The notes: generated by a model from the letters alone, not told the origin. Counted from the stretch's first letter, positions 40,285-54,330 are shown. The stretch is DNA of 64,000 nucleotides from Octopus bimaculoides (GCF_001194135.2 NC_068988.1:92199539-92263538), one strand, 5' to 3'. Numbers and translations are program-made.

Positions 40285-40470
40285 TGTGGGCACAGGATGT
40301 CACGAAACATGTACACCAAAAAAATACGAAATATGCGTACATGGAATATGAACTATTTTTTGTCTTGTTTTCCATTTGTGTCTTTCATTATTCGAAAAAT
40401 AGTTCATATTCCATGTACTCGTACTTCGTATTTCTTTGGTGTACATGTTTCATGACGTCCTGTGCCCACA
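40285..40470. repeat. 76-bp inverted repeat with 34-bp spacer (fold-back / possible MITE)
   Basis: Arms 40285-40360 and 40395-40470, about 6 mismatches by eye. Confidence 0.9.
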
Positions 40471-40599
40471 TATGATTATATATATACATATAGATAAAAG
40501 TATGCACATATATGTATGTATATATGCTTATATATATATATTATTTATATTATTATATATATATATACACACACACACACATACATACATATGTGTGTG

Positions 40600-40661
<62 letters not shown>

Positions 40662-41095
40662 NNNNNNNNNNNNNNNNNNNNNNNNNNNNNNNNNNNNNNN
40701 NNNNNNNNNNNNNNNNNNNNNNNNNNNNNNNNNNNNNNNNNNNNNNNNNNNNNNNNNNNNNNNNNNNNNNNNNNNNNNNNNNNNNNNNNNNNNNNNNNNN
40801 NNNNNNNNNNNNNNNNNNNNNNNNNNNNNNNNNNNNNNNNNNNNNNNNNNNNNNNNNNATATCCATAGGCGGATATTTTTAGTATGAAGTGGTAATGAGT
40901 GTGATATGCTGAAAAAAGAGAGAACAGTACTTGAAGTGTAGTTTCATTCCAGTGGTAAATATCCGTGTAGAAATCCGTGCAAAGTAATCCTTGTGTGGAT
41001 AATCCGGAAATTTATGTTGGAGCGAAAGTTGATATAGCATAGATAGCAGAGGTACATATATTCCATATTGTGATGGATTTTTGCTTGTTTACTCA

Positions 41096-41131
<36 letters not shown>

Positions 41132-42352
41132 GGACTTCTTTCATTTTCTGTCCGTCAAATCCACACACAAGCATTTGGCTGACCCAGATCTATAGTAGAA
41201 GACATTTGCTCAAGGTGCCTACTATGGTAGAACCTGAAACCATGTGGTTGAGAAGCAAATTTCTTACCATACAGCCACACCTGTGCTTTGAAAAGTTGAT
41301 TAACTCATGGAAAAACAAATCAAGTTTTACAGTCATGTGTATCACAAAGTAAATCTGTTACTGGGAAAAATTTGAAATATTTCATGTCAAATCACACGAC
41401 ACGTCATAACATCATACTAGCCTCTCCCCACTCATGTCTGCCACACTCATCATCATCATCATCATCATAATCTAATATTGTTATCTATTCTGGCATGAGT
41501 TGTTCCAAAAGCGTTGTTATCTGCTCTCTTTATTACTAAGTTTTCATGTTTTTAATTAGATTAAGAAGATATGTGCAAGTTATTTGATCCCCCCACCCAG
41601 TTTTTGCATCCCAGGTAATCACTTAGTTTTTTTTTTTGTGCATAGTGCCAATCCTGCCTCCAGGAACACTTAAACACAGAATTGTTGAGCAATAGAACAC
41701 TTATCAATTATCAAGTACTGCCACTGTTTACTGGAGTAAGTTGTTGTTTAGCCACAGGTTAGATCACATTAATCAGATCTATTTATGAGCAGAAAGAGTT
41801 AGGTTATGACACGACTTTCAGTTTAATTTGTTAGGAAGAACATTGATATCTGTTTGAGATATTTGATAAACAAAATATTTATTCTTTTTGTAAACAAGAA
41901 AAAAGAAGGTTGTTATTATGAATGAAAAGGAGAATTTGAAGATTATTGTTCCTGGAATGGTGTGATTTGTAGCAGCAGTCAAAATGTTAGCTGGTCTTTG
42001 CGTTGCTGCTGCTGTTTGTCCATTGTGGTTTGTTACTGATTGTGCTACTGGCTTCTGGTGTCTCTGTTTTCACATTTGCCTGTCAGTTCATTGTGTTTAT
42101 GTTCTTCTAGCACTTGGGTTAGGTGCTGTCTGTTGTTTGCTATCAGAGGGGTTAGCTGCTCTGAATATATAGTGGTGGTCTGGTTCAGAAAGAAGTGCAC
42201 CAAAGATGAAATTGTTGGAGCCGATTCCATGCAAAGTCTTTATTAGTGAGGCTTTTTCTTTTATGACACAGATAATATTGTAGTACATTGCAACATCTGT
42301 TTGATAAAAATTTCACCTACTTATTTCCAGCTATAATATATTATAGACTGTT

Positions 42353-42856
42353 GAGGCACATGGCTTAGTGGTTAGGGTGTTTGACTCATGATCATAAGAT
42401 TGTGGTTTTGATTCCTGGACTGGATGATGCTTTGTGTTCTTGAGCAAAACACTTCATTTCATGCTGCTCCAATCCACTCAGCTGGCAAAAATGAGTAATC
42501 CTGCAATGGATCAGTGTCTTGTCCAGGTGGGGAATATATACGCCACTGAAACCGGGAAACTAACCCTTGTGGCTCGAGAAGGTAACATTTTTTATATTGC
42601 AGACTACATTACGTAAAATACACCATTTCAAGAGTGGCTGTTGCCAGTACCTCCTGACTGGCCTTCATGCTGGTGGCATGTAAAAGCACCCACTGCACTC
42701 TCGGAGTGGTTGGTGTTAGGAAGGGCATCCAGCTGTAGAAACTCTGCCAAATCAGATTGGAGCCTGGTGTAGCCATCTGGTTCACCAGTCCTCAGTCAAA
42801 TCATCCAACCCATGCTAGCATGGAAAGCAGACGTTAAACGATGATGATGATGATGA
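42353..42856 (+). mobile_element. family B-variant SINE (42353-42590) followed by a family E tail (42630-42856)
   Basis: GGCACATGGCTTAGTGGTTAGGG head; E motif with (GAT)n tail. Confidence 0.8.
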
Positions 42857-43476
42857 TTATCCAATATGTCCTTTTTTTTTTCTCCATTTTTTTAAAGATG
42901 ATAATGTGTGATTTTAGAGAGAGTTAGCTCTTATTTCTTGCAGGTAGATCAATCACATAGATGCTCCCTTATTGGTTCATGTAGCGAGTTGTACTCCTGT
43001 ATGGTTCCTAGTTATATCTAACTGTATATCCTATGTTAAATATCTTTGACAATGATACAATCATGTTCCTGACAGAATATAAACTTCTGACTCATTCACT
43101 GTTTATCTAGCATCCAGTTAGCTCAGCTGTATCTCATTACTTGTGATATAATATTGCAGCTTATATTATTGTGCAGTATCAAATGTATGCGATATGATAT
43201 AGCTATACTACTGTGCAATGCCACCTGTATGTAATAAAATACCAAATGCTATATTATTGTGCAATATCACATGTATGTGATGTAATGCTACAGTTGCATG
43301 GCTGTGTGGTTAAGAAGCTTGTTTCCCAACTGTTGTAACTTGGGTTCAGTCCCACTATACAGTACCTTGGACAAGTGTCTTTTACTGTAACTCCAGACTG
43401 ACTAAAACCTTATGAGTGGATGTGGATTTGGTAGACAGAAAATGAAAGAAGCCTGTAGTATATATATATATATATA

Positions 43477-43712
43477 TAGGGTTGGCCAAAAGTCACATGA
43501 CAGTAAATGAAAACCATTTAATTCCAAGATTTAAACAAAAAATTATTTTATATGAGACTTCACTAATAAATAGACAAATGTTGAAAAAAATGGTGATTTC
43601 AACTCATAGTATTCAATTATTAAACATTCATAATTGGAATGAATGAATAAAATTGAATATTTAGTATTTATGGAATTTCGATTTACAGTCAGGTGACTTT
43701 TGGCCAACAATG
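43477..43712. mobile_element. Tc1/mariner-type MITE
   Basis: TIR GTTGGCCAAAAGTCAC(A/C)TGAC(A/T)GTAAAT, TA-flanked, inserted in a (TA)n tract. Confidence 0.85.
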
Positions 43713-44179
43713 TATATAAATTTCATTTGGATGTTAACCTTCTTTTAAGCTCATCAATGGATACAGGCTATCAAATATGACTATAAATTGAATGTTGATT
43801 TTTTTACAGATCATATTTTCAAAATTCATGATATCTATAGAATTAATAGAATTATTAACAAGGAAAGTGGAGTGAGCAAATTGTTTTATTACACAAATTT
43901 ACAATTATTCATATGAAAACACCTATTGACTATAGGTATAAATTTGTGATATTGCCACCTGTATGTAATATGATATGAAAGCTATATTATTGTGCAATAT
44001 CACCTGTATGTGATGTAACACTACTGTTGCATAGCTGTGTGGTAAGAAGTTTGTTTTCTAACTATGTGACCTTGGTTACAACCCCATTATATTATACCTT
44101 GGGCAAGCGTCTTCTACTATAGCCCCAGACTGACCAAAACGTTATGAGTGGATTTGGTAGAAACTGAAAGAAGCCTATA

Positions 44180-44221
<42 letters not shown>

Positions 44222-44929
44222 AGGTGCATGGCTCAGTGGTTAGAGCATCAGGCACACAATCATGAAATAGTGAGTTCGATTCCATGACACATCTGTGTGT
44301 TGTGTTCTTGAGCAAGACACGAAGATATTTAACAGGATATTCAGTTAAATGTAACTAGGTATTATATGGGAGGACAACTTGCTACATGAACCAATAAGGA
44401 GGCATCTATGTGATTGCTCTACAAGTTTTCTGTAGCAAATGTATTATATACAGGATTCTGATGAACTGACATTTGATTGTATTAATATAACAATACACCT
44501 TGTCTCTATTGTTGCATGTATTGTACTTTTTATGTGGCACCAGCACAGGACTCTTGTGGGCCAATCCTCTTCACCAAGGGGAGCGACCTTAACAAGGTTC
44601 ACCTATTCTAAAAACCAGGTTATACACAGAAGACCTAAGATACACACAGAATGCTTGGGATACACACAGAAAGAACTCAGATAATTATTGTATAAGGTTG
44701 AGTAGTGTGTGAGTTTTTGTGTTTAACCCTACATCAGCTCCCTAATCCTAATTGAGTAGACCTAAAATTAAGATTATTCTAAAACCATGACCATCCTGTC
44801 TTTTGTTTCAAGAGTAATTTACCCCAGAGTAAGCTTGATACAACCTTGTGTTGTCATCAAACTGTCAGCTGTTGCTCATATGACTGGTTGTTAGAGTGAA
44901 CTTGCAACTTTGATTATTACTATGATATA

Positions 44930-45821
44930 CAAGGTGGTATCGAAAGGTTCCCAGCTCAGTTATGTTCAATAAAAAATAACTTATCTACTTAAGTTTTAAC
45001 ATCATCTCCTTTGAAGTAGTCACTTTGCGCAGCAATACACCAGTCCCAACATTCATACCACTTTTGGAATCCAGTCAGGAAGTCATTTTCCATAAGCAAA
45101 TCAAGGACCTTCTGCAATTCGCTCTTGATCTTGACAATGTTGTAAAACGGTGACTTCTGAGCTGCATTTTCGTTTTGGGGAAGAGATGGAAGCCTACAGG
45201 TGCTAAATCTGGTGACTAGGGTGGGTGCAGAAGTGATACCATGTTTTTAGCCAGAAACCCATGAGTGAGAAGAGCTTGGTGACAAGTTGTATTATCATGA
45301 CGAAGAATCTAATTCTTTGTGCTCCACAGATCCAGTCACTTTCGCTAAATGTCCTCCCTGAAATGCTTCAAAACATTGCAGTAGAACTCTCAATTGATAG
45401 TCTGGTCCTGGGGTACAAATTCTCAATGCACAATACCACATTTCCAGGGGTGACACTTATGATAGGTCTTCCAGGCATGTTCTTCCACTTTTGAAGCACC
45501 CATGCCACTTGAAACATTGCATACGACCCATTGCCTCATCACCATAAGCTTGCCAAAGCATACTCAATGTCTCTGTAGCAGACTTTCAAGTTTAATGCAA
45601 AATTTCACATTGGCTCTTCTTTTCCATGACAGAATCGCAGACTACAGCATACAGATGATCACAAAAACACAAATTTCACAACTTGCAATGCAAACACAGC
45701 CATGTCACTCAGCACACTGCCTCATGAAGTTCACTGCTAGCTCTCACTGCACACACAACCATGTGTTGGGATCTGTCTGCATGCTACAGAACTAGTCCAG
45801 GAACTTTTTGATACCACCTCA
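44930..45821 (-). mobile_element. mariner element, 892-bp deletion derivative
   Basis: TIR (C/T)(A/G)AGGTGGTATC(G/A)AA(A/G)GTTCC with TA flanks. Minus strand HPP*SPDLAPVGFHLF is the decayed YSPDL motif. Confidence 0.88.
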
Positions 45822-46254
45822 TAACAACATTGGGCATTGGTACTTTAGAGATATCTTCAATTAAGAGTTCTACATCCATAATTTCAGTGCAGCTCTGTTC
45901 ATTTCAAAGTTATCAGAAAATGATCCAGTCTTTATAGAGGAACACATGTATGGCAGGTTTCTTTTCAGTTTCTGTCTTCCACATCCACTCACAAAGCTTT
46001 GTTACAGTCTACCAAATCGACTCACAAGCCTTTGGTTGGCCTATAGCTATCTTGGAAAACAGTAGTCAAATGTACCCTAGCAGGACTGAACCTGAAACCA
46101 TGCAGTTGAGAAGCAAACTTCTCATCCACATGGCCAGATATATATATAATAAATGCGTGAATGTGTGTGTGCATGGACATGCATGTCTGTGTGTTTTTAC
46201 ACCAGTTTAAAGACTATTTCTTATGCTATGTGCCTTTATGTCCTGCAACTCAAA

Positions 46255-46545
46255 AACAGATCCCTTCAGTCATGAATGACCATGGGATTGCACCTAAAAA
46301 GTTCCTCTTCTAGGCACAAGTCCAGGCAAGGCTGTTTATGGAAGACCAGCAGTTGCCCATGCATACCAGCCTCCCCTCTCCACACCCCTGATGTTATCTA
46401 AGAGAAAGACAAAGGCCGATACAGCTTGGCACCAGTGAAATAAAGTGTCTTGCTCAAAAGCACAATACACAGCCCTGTCCAGCAATCGAACTCATCTTAT
46501 GATTGTGAGCCCAACACTCTAAACACTGAGCAATGCTCTTTCACA
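46255..46545 (-). mobile_element. family B SINE
   Basis: Reverse complement of the 27577 and 58605 copies. Confidence 0.8.
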
Positions 46546-46969
46546 CTCTGCAACTTAGCAGTTTAACAAATAGTGATTGGTAAAAAGAATACCAGAGAGA
46601 AATATGTGCTAGAGTTTACATCAATGACCAAACTTTAAATGTAGCTCCCTACCATGGCTGCAATTGAATGACTGAAACTAGTAGGAGAGTGAACATATTA
46701 GGAGAGTAGGAGAGTAGGAGAGTGAACTTGGATATATACTAAGCACATTTGATAAATAGCTATTCTGTAATTCATATTCTCATATTGCTTATTTTGAACA
46801 CATATATACATGTATTTCCTTTATAATTATATACATATCCCCTCTCTGTCTTTCTCTCACTCTTTGTGTATGTGTGTGTATAAATAATATATTAAGATCC
46901 AGGTGAATAAAGCACTTAAATGGTTAGGCACCAGGTTGGGTCAGAATTAAAATGCATATCGTAATTGAA

Positions 46970-47500
46970 CTAAGTTCGATGACTGGCACCTGTGCCAGTG
47001 GAGCCCTAACAGCACTGTCTGAGCGTGATCATTGCCAGAGCAGCTGTCTGGCTTCCGTGCCAGTGGCACATAAATAGCACCATTTGAGCATGATCGTTAC
47101 CAGCATCGCCTTACTGGCACGTGAGAAAACGTTCGAGCAAGGTCGTTGCCAGTGCCACTGGACTGGCTCCTGTGCAGGTGGCATGTAAAAAACACCATTT
47201 TGATTGTGGCCGTTGCCAGTACTGCCTGACTGGNNNNNNNNNNGGTGGCATGTAAAAAACACCATTTTGATTGTGGCCGTTGCCAGTACTGCCTGACTGG
47301 CCCTTGTGCCGGTGGCACGTAAAAGCACCCACTACACTCTTGGATTTGTTGGCATTAGGAAGGGCATCCAGCTGTAGAAACTCTGCCAGATCTGATGGGA
47401 GCCTGGTGCAGCCATCTGGCTCACCAGTCCTCAGTCAAATCGTCCAACCCATGCTAGCATGGAAAGCGGACGTTAAACGGTGATGATGATGATGATGATG
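46970..47500 (+). mobile_element. family E retroposon with internal tandem units
   Basis: Repeated GGTGGCATGTAAAAAACACCATTTTGATTGTGGCCGTTGCCAGTACTGCCTGACTGG around a 10-N gap; (GAT)n tail. Confidence 0.85.
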
Positions 47501-47800
47501 ACCAACATTGGTACAGAAGTGCTGGCAAAAAGATATTTTCCATGACCAGCGTCCATCATGGAATCGCTAAATATGCACATGCCAAGGATTTAGAATTTTT
47601 TAAAAATAGCCTTAATTGTATAATTTGTATATTCATCTGAAGAAAACAGTTTTTATAATGATATAATTTACTCATTAGTCAATTAAAAAATTTGTTGCAA
47701 CAGCTGTAATAAATTGACACCTATCCATCATTTGTTATTTATTTCTTTTTGTGTGTGTATATATATATGTATATTATATACAAACACAAACACATATATA

Positions 47801-48325
47801 AATAATAATAATAATATTTTATAAGCTTAAATCTTGGAAGCAATCACCATGCATTGACTAAGGCAAATAGTTTGATATTAGGGCATATAAGCCCTCCATA
47901 CAGCAAACCCTACTTTTTCTGTCGAGGGCTCATATCCCCCAATATTAGACTATTTACCTTAGTCAATCTATGGTGATTGCTTATAAGCTTTAAGCTTATA
48001 AAATATTATTATTATTATTTACAGATTGTAAAATTCGGCACCACTTATCAAATAATCACTGAAAATGTGCATGGAGAGTTTGTTCACAAAATAACAACAC
48101 TATGAAATTACATACGGAAAACAGTCAGGAGTACGTTAATGTAATGGTAGCACATGTGTTGTGAATACGGAGAGGTGTGGATTCATGTCCCATGCGTATG
48201 GCAGACTCTACTTTTTTCCATCGAGGGCTTATATGCCCCAGTGTTAGACTATTTACCTTAGACAATGCACGGTGATCACTTATAAGCTTTAAGTTTATAA
48301 AATATTATTATTGTTATTATTCTTT
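47801..48325. mobile_element. cluster of three copies of an (ATT)n-tailed SINE (working family F): inverted truncated 47801-47896, truncated 47897-48019, headed 48125-48325
   Basis: Shared body GAGGGCT(T/C)ATAT..TTAGACTATTTACCTTAG..GGTGAT..CTTATAAGCTTTAAG..TATAAAATATTATT. The tRNA-like head TAATGGTAGCAC..GGATTCATGTCCC is present only in the third copy. Confidence 0.75.
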
Positions 48326-48364
48326 ACAGATTGTAAAATTCAGTAACGCTTACCAAATAATCAC

Positions 48365-48403
<39 letters not shown>

Positions 48404-50539
48404 TCATCATCATCATCATTGTTTTGATGTCCATGATGTCCACTTTTCCATGTTCACATGTGCCAGACAGAACCTGTTGAGGGGTATTTTCTGTAGCCAG
48501 ATGCCTTTCTTGTCACCTGTTTCCAAGTAAGGTTATATTTCCCCCATGGCCAGACATGTTTCTGTGGAAGATTGGAAACAGAGGACACCACTTGCATGAT
48601 GGTAATACTTGCTTACAACTATCACATGATGTCAAGGCAAGATGACACTTTCTCCCTCTCTCTCACACACACACACAACAGGCTTCTTTAAATTTCTGTC
48701 TACCAAATTCATTCACAAGGCTATATATAGTAGAATCTTCTACTCAAGGTGCCATGCTGTGGGACTGAACCTGAAACCATGTGGTTGGGAAGCAAACCTC
48801 TTCCCCATCCTATATAGACTACATCAATTGGACTGTAAAACCTACAAGTTTTTTTGTTTTAAGTTCATTATGCATGCTGTAGTTTATGGATGTGTGACAA
48901 CAGAATTGTAGCAACAGTTGTGATATCACCTACAGAATTATATGAACATTAAATGATGATGATGATGATATCTAGATATTTAATAAATATTTACAGATGT
49001 ATGACAATGACTTTGGTATCACAAATATGATATCATCTACTGATGAGTGGTAACAGGTTTGATATCCCCTACAAACATTTGGTGACAGACATGATATGTA
49101 TATGTCTGTGACACCAGACATCACTAACAAATGTGTGACCACTGATGAAATATCCTTGACAGATATGCAGCAATATAGAGGAGGATATCTCTATATGTGT
49201 CAACAGATGTAATATCACAGAAATGATAGACTCTCTAATATTCTATCTTGCAATATGGGGCTGTATAAAAGTTTTCATTGTTATTAGATTTTGCTTTCTT
49301 ATGAAGACAACAGATTGGGGAGCTGCCCTCCCCTTTTTTAGGATGGTGAACTAGTTGTAAGATGCTAATGTCATATGGATCAAACATATTCTTACAATAT
49401 TGATTATCTACATTTTCCTAATAAAACTCACATATATTCTCTCATTATTGATTTTACATGTGTTCTTAATAGACTGTTTCACCCACCCATGCACCCTGCC
49501 TCTGTTGTTGTCAATTACTTATACTTCCTTAATATTGATACCATAAACTTGTAACCCAGCTTTTAGCCGTTCTTCTCCTCTTATGGCTCCTTCCTCAAAC
49601 TAAATCAATATTCCTTCAACCCAATACAGATCATTACTCAAAATCTAATCCATTTGAACTCACCATTTTCTACACTTTGTCTTTATATGTTTCCAATATT
49701 TTATGTTGTTCCTCCTACAGCTCTCCATCTCTCTCTCTCTCTCCATCTCTCTCTCTCCTATTCATTCAGACAATTAGAAAACTAGTGAGATTTACTTGTA
49801 TAGTTATTTGACCTTTTGCTTCTCTTTCTAATGACTTTGGATTCTCTTCTCTTCCAAACCAACAGACATTTATTTCAGAGTTTCTCATTTTCATTAAATC
49901 TTACTTTCTTAGAGTGGAATATATATATATATATATATAAATAAAATCTGGAAGTATTATTCTTACAATGTACTTTTCCTTAACAATCACTTTTGATCTG
50001 TTAATATATTGTAGCTTACCTTCTCTTTTATTAGCAATTAAATATCATTTCTAAGCAGACAGTTTCTAAGACAAACTACGACCCATATTCTCACCCAACT
50101 CCACAATATTTACTCTAGTGTCACATAAGTGTCACTCATCCTGGCTACCATTAACTGTTATTCAATATTTTGATGATCTTCTTTTCCTAAATATACTAGG
50201 CTGGAAAGAAAATCTCATTGTATTTCAAGATGGGAAAGAAACAAATGCTTCTTTGATCTTAATTGATATATTCAATCAAGATATTTCCTCTCATTATTGA
50301 TAACATAATCCTATCTATTTGGCAAATTGTTGATCCCTCAGGCATAAAATTCTTCAGGTTTTGAAGCAATGTAATATAATTTTTAACCTCTTCACAATTA
50401 ATAAACTGTTTTCTTTCTAAATAATGTTGTAATGACCTGAAAACATGATAGAAAGGTGAAGCAAAGTCGGGAGAGGAACAAAATCTCCATATTTAGTGCC
50501 ATAATCTTTTCCTAAATGTCTTGGGTAATATGTGATCTT

Positions 50540-51260
50540 GCATTATCATGTAAGAGCAACATTCCTTTACGATCAACCAATGATGGAGCACTTTTTCTGC
50601 AAATTTTTCTGCAATACTTCCAACTGATGGCAACACTTCACATGAACTGTTTTGTTATGGTTTAACACTTTATGACAGAAGACACTTTTCATATTGCACT
50701 GAACAAGAGAGCATAACTTTTTGGGGATGTAGTACTGGTTAGTGGATGAATTTTCCTTTTTCATTGGGTACTAATCATTGTCATTTTTGTTGAATATAAT
50801 TATAGAGAACCCACTTTTCATCACTTGTGATTATTCTAGCCAAAAACTGTTCAGTAATAAATCTTCTGAGGCACAGTCAAATGATGAGAGACCCATTGAC
50901 CAAATTTAGGTACGTTTTCTAGTCCATGAAAATATTTTATGATCGAATTGTAACTTGAATTGAACTGTTTTGTGAATTCTCATGCAATTTGCCTTGGGTT
51001 TTCCTCAATTATGGTTCTCAGAAGTTCAATATTGACAGAACTTGGTCAATTAGATTGTGTCCAAATGCTTAAATCTTCATTTATAAAGACAAAATGAATA
51101 TTTCTTGCCACTTCCATTGCTGGAGAGTCCCTTTTGAATTCATACAACATGCAGTGTCTGATATAGATCAGCTCTAAATTCATTTTAAAAGGGTAAAATC
51201 AATATGAATTTAACCACTTTGGCATAAAGTAATCTACAAAGAAAGAAAAACAAATTAGAA
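50540..51260 (-). mobile_element. mariner transposase remnant (N-terminal HTH to catalytic start)
   Basis: IRHCMLYEFKRDSPAMEVARNI (Mos1-type HTH) and ITSDEKW. Confidence 0.75.
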
Positions 51261-52304
51261 TGTAAAAATTAATGCTTATTTTACTGTAAATATTGAAAAA
51301 GTACCCTCAAAGTAATCGTGTCAACATTGCAACTGGACTTTCTTTCATACCTAATATTTACAGTTCATTTCTGTATTGCTGATTTTTCAATCATCTGGCC
51401 TTCTCTTAATCTTAACTTTCTGAGAAGGCATGTAGCCTAGTCATTAGACAACTGGACTCTTAATCATAATGTAATGGGTTCAATTCTCCACCTAGAAGCA
51501 CATTGTGTTCTTATATAAAGCACTTTAAATATGTTACTCCAATCCACTTATGCTGCAAAAATGAATATTAAGACTGAACAGAGTACCCAGTCAGTGTGAA
51601 GTTAGCATGACAATATCAATGAGTCAGTGGCACATCCCAAATCCTCCAGACATGAAGTGGGATACACTTAGCACTTAACTGCTATAGCCTGTCTTTGTCT
51701 TTCATTGTTAATCTTAAACTTTCTGGATTCTCTATGTTTGATTATTGAATTATAAGAAAGCTGAATGGAAGGTGTGTTCTACTGTTTACTCATGGATTAT
51801 GACTTCAAGGTTTTCGCAGGCATTTTATTATAAATTTTGACAGAACGCTATATTCTACAGTGCTTCATATTAACATGCTGATAATAGACACCAAATCTTC
51901 AGGGAATGCTACATGAGACTGACTGGCATACTATCCAGTGGGAGGCTTAATACTAAGAAAACATAGTTAAGTACTGTCTCTTAACCCCCTACTTCTTGAG
52001 CCTAGAAAAACCTTATTATTTTCTTACCTTAATCACTTGATCCTTTCTTCATTGAACTTTGATTATTCAATCACCACTGATGTCTAAATCTATGCTGTAT
52101 TTCTGTGTAAATCATTCAGACTCTATCAATGTATTCCACATCATTAAAAATTTCACTCAAACCACACTCACAAGCTACTCACACAATGAAACAACAATAC
52201 TTAAAATGAAAGACTACATAGATATGAAAAAAGCACAGCTTGTTGCTATATAAAACTGCAAACATCACAGTCACTGCTACAAAATGAACAATTATCTCCA
52301 CACA

Positions 52305-52459
52305 GAGGGATGTGTGGGTAACAAACTTGCTTCTCAACCATGAGGCTTTGCATTCAGTCCCACTACACTACACCTTGGGCAAATGTCTTCTACTATAGCT
52401 TTAGGCTGATCAAAGCCTTGTGAGTGGATTGGTAAATAGAAACTGAAAGAAACCCATTA

Positions 52460-52490
<31 letters not shown>

Positions 52491-52670
52491 TAGTGTTTGG
52501 CTCCACTACTGCTTGACAACTGATGTTGCTTTGTTTAAATCCCTGTGACTTAGCAGTTTGACAAAAGAGACTAAAAGAACAAGTATCAGGCTTAAAAGTA
52601 AGTACTGGAGTAAATTTGCTTGACTAAAACTCTGCATGGCCGCACTTCAATGACTGAAACAAGTAAAAGA
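52305..52670 (+). mobile_element. family D SINE
   Basis: Head, CTTGGGCAAATGTCTTCTACTATAGC, (TG)n and tail GACTGAAACAAGTAAAAGA. Confidence 0.8.
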
Positions 52671-52935
52671 TAATTACTACATTCTAATTCACTACTGCAA
52701 CTAAATCATTCTGAAGTTATGTTTCCCATTCACATACACTAAAATGTAGCAGCAGCCTCAATAGCCTCATTAATCTCCAAATACTGTTCTAAGATGCACA
52801 GTATCAATAATAATTGCAGAGCAGTAGCAGCTATTCCATTCAGACCAAGTTCATCTTGCCCACTTTTATGGTACCCATGACCAAAATCTACAAAGATTAA
52901 GGAATAGACTGGGCAGTGGAGACAGCATGACTTCG

Positions 52936-53261
52936 CCCTTTAGCATTTACACCAACCTGTCCGGCCCAAATATTCTATTTGTTTTATGTTGAAACCAACC
53001 ACATTTGGCCTATCACACCTACTCTACAATGTAATTCTGAAGATAAACAGTCACTTCAACAGTGCATGTTTAGTCTATTTACTCTGTCAAATGTAATGCT
53101 TATTCACTCACAGTTTTGAATTAACCATGCATTATGATTTCAATGATGTGATTATTTATTTTTTGAATGACATTGTAGGGTAGGTGTAAACCGCTGGCCG
53201 GTTTGAGCATAAAGCAGACAGAATATTTGGGTCAGATATGGCTGGTTTAAATGCTAAGGTG
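52936..53261. mobile_element. piggyBac-like MITE with ~100-bp imperfect TIRs
   Basis: CCCTTTAGCATTT..CCCAAATATTCT..CACACCTAC(T/C)CTACAATG mirrored at the right end, which finishes GCTAAGGTG|TTAA. Confidence 0.7.
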
Positions 53262-53779
53262 TTAATTCAAAATAGAGTGAATAAATAAGCACTGCTTTTG
53301 ACTGAGAAGTCTGGATGCTAAAGGGTTAGATAGACTATAACACTGCATTGCATGCAGTCAGCCATGCCAAGTGTGGTCTTCCCTGTGATAATTATTATAT
53401 GTCTAGAGCTATGGATTTGTGTATCATATCTAGTTGTTCAGTCAATTACCAACATGCCATAGGTCTTATCATTCAGGTTTGGTATGGAGCTAAACAGTAA
53501 CAATAACAGCAGCAACATAAACTTCTTATGTTCACAGGGTTTTGTCGTTCTATTTGATTGTCGAGTATGAAATTTGTAGAAAAGAAAAAGTTTGCTAATG
53601 TTTTATAAGAACAAGGAATAGTTTCATTCATCAAAGTATGCACCCATATTGTCAATACACTTTTTCCCTTTCAGCAGTAGCTTGTCCAGCCCGGAACTGT
53701 AAAAGCCTGGCAATCTAGAGTCAATAAAATCTTGGAAGGCCTGTTTTACAGCATCATCAGAATTAAATTTTGGTAAATA

Positions 53780-54330
53780 GAAACTGAAAGAAACCCTATC
53801 AAAAAGTTATCCAAATTCTGGAAGCAGTGGTAGTCAGTGGGGGCAAGATCAGGCGAGTATGGTGGATGATGGAGAACTTCCAACTCCAACCCCTCTAGTT
53901 TTGCCAATGTCATTTTTGCGATGTGTTGTCTGGCGTTGTCTTGCAATAAAATAGGAGTGGATATGTTGACTAAACAAGGCTGTTTTTTTTGTAAGTTTCT
54001 GCATCATTTGGTTCAGTTGGCTGCAGTATACTTCGGCCATGATTGATGAGCCAGGTTTAAGGAAATCATAATGAATCACACCTGTGCCAGACCACCAAAC
54101 ACATCATCTTCTTTTGATGAATTTTGCTTTTTGGACTGTTTTGGTGGCTCGTCTTTGTCCAATCATTGTGCTGAACATTTACACTTGTTGTATGGATCCA
54201 TTTCTCATCACATGTTACAATTCAATTAAAAAAATGATTCATGTTTGTGACGAGAAAGTAGCATAATGCAGGCTTCCAAACATTGCTGTGTCTGATTTTC
54301 ATTGAGATTACTGCTACTTTAGGCACACTG
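53780..54330 (-). mobile_element. mariner/SETMAR-type transposase catalytic remnant
   Basis: IVTCDEKWI..VIHYDFLKPG..QDNARQH..VLHHPPYSPDLAPTDYHCFQNLDNFL; frameshifted. Confidence 0.92.
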
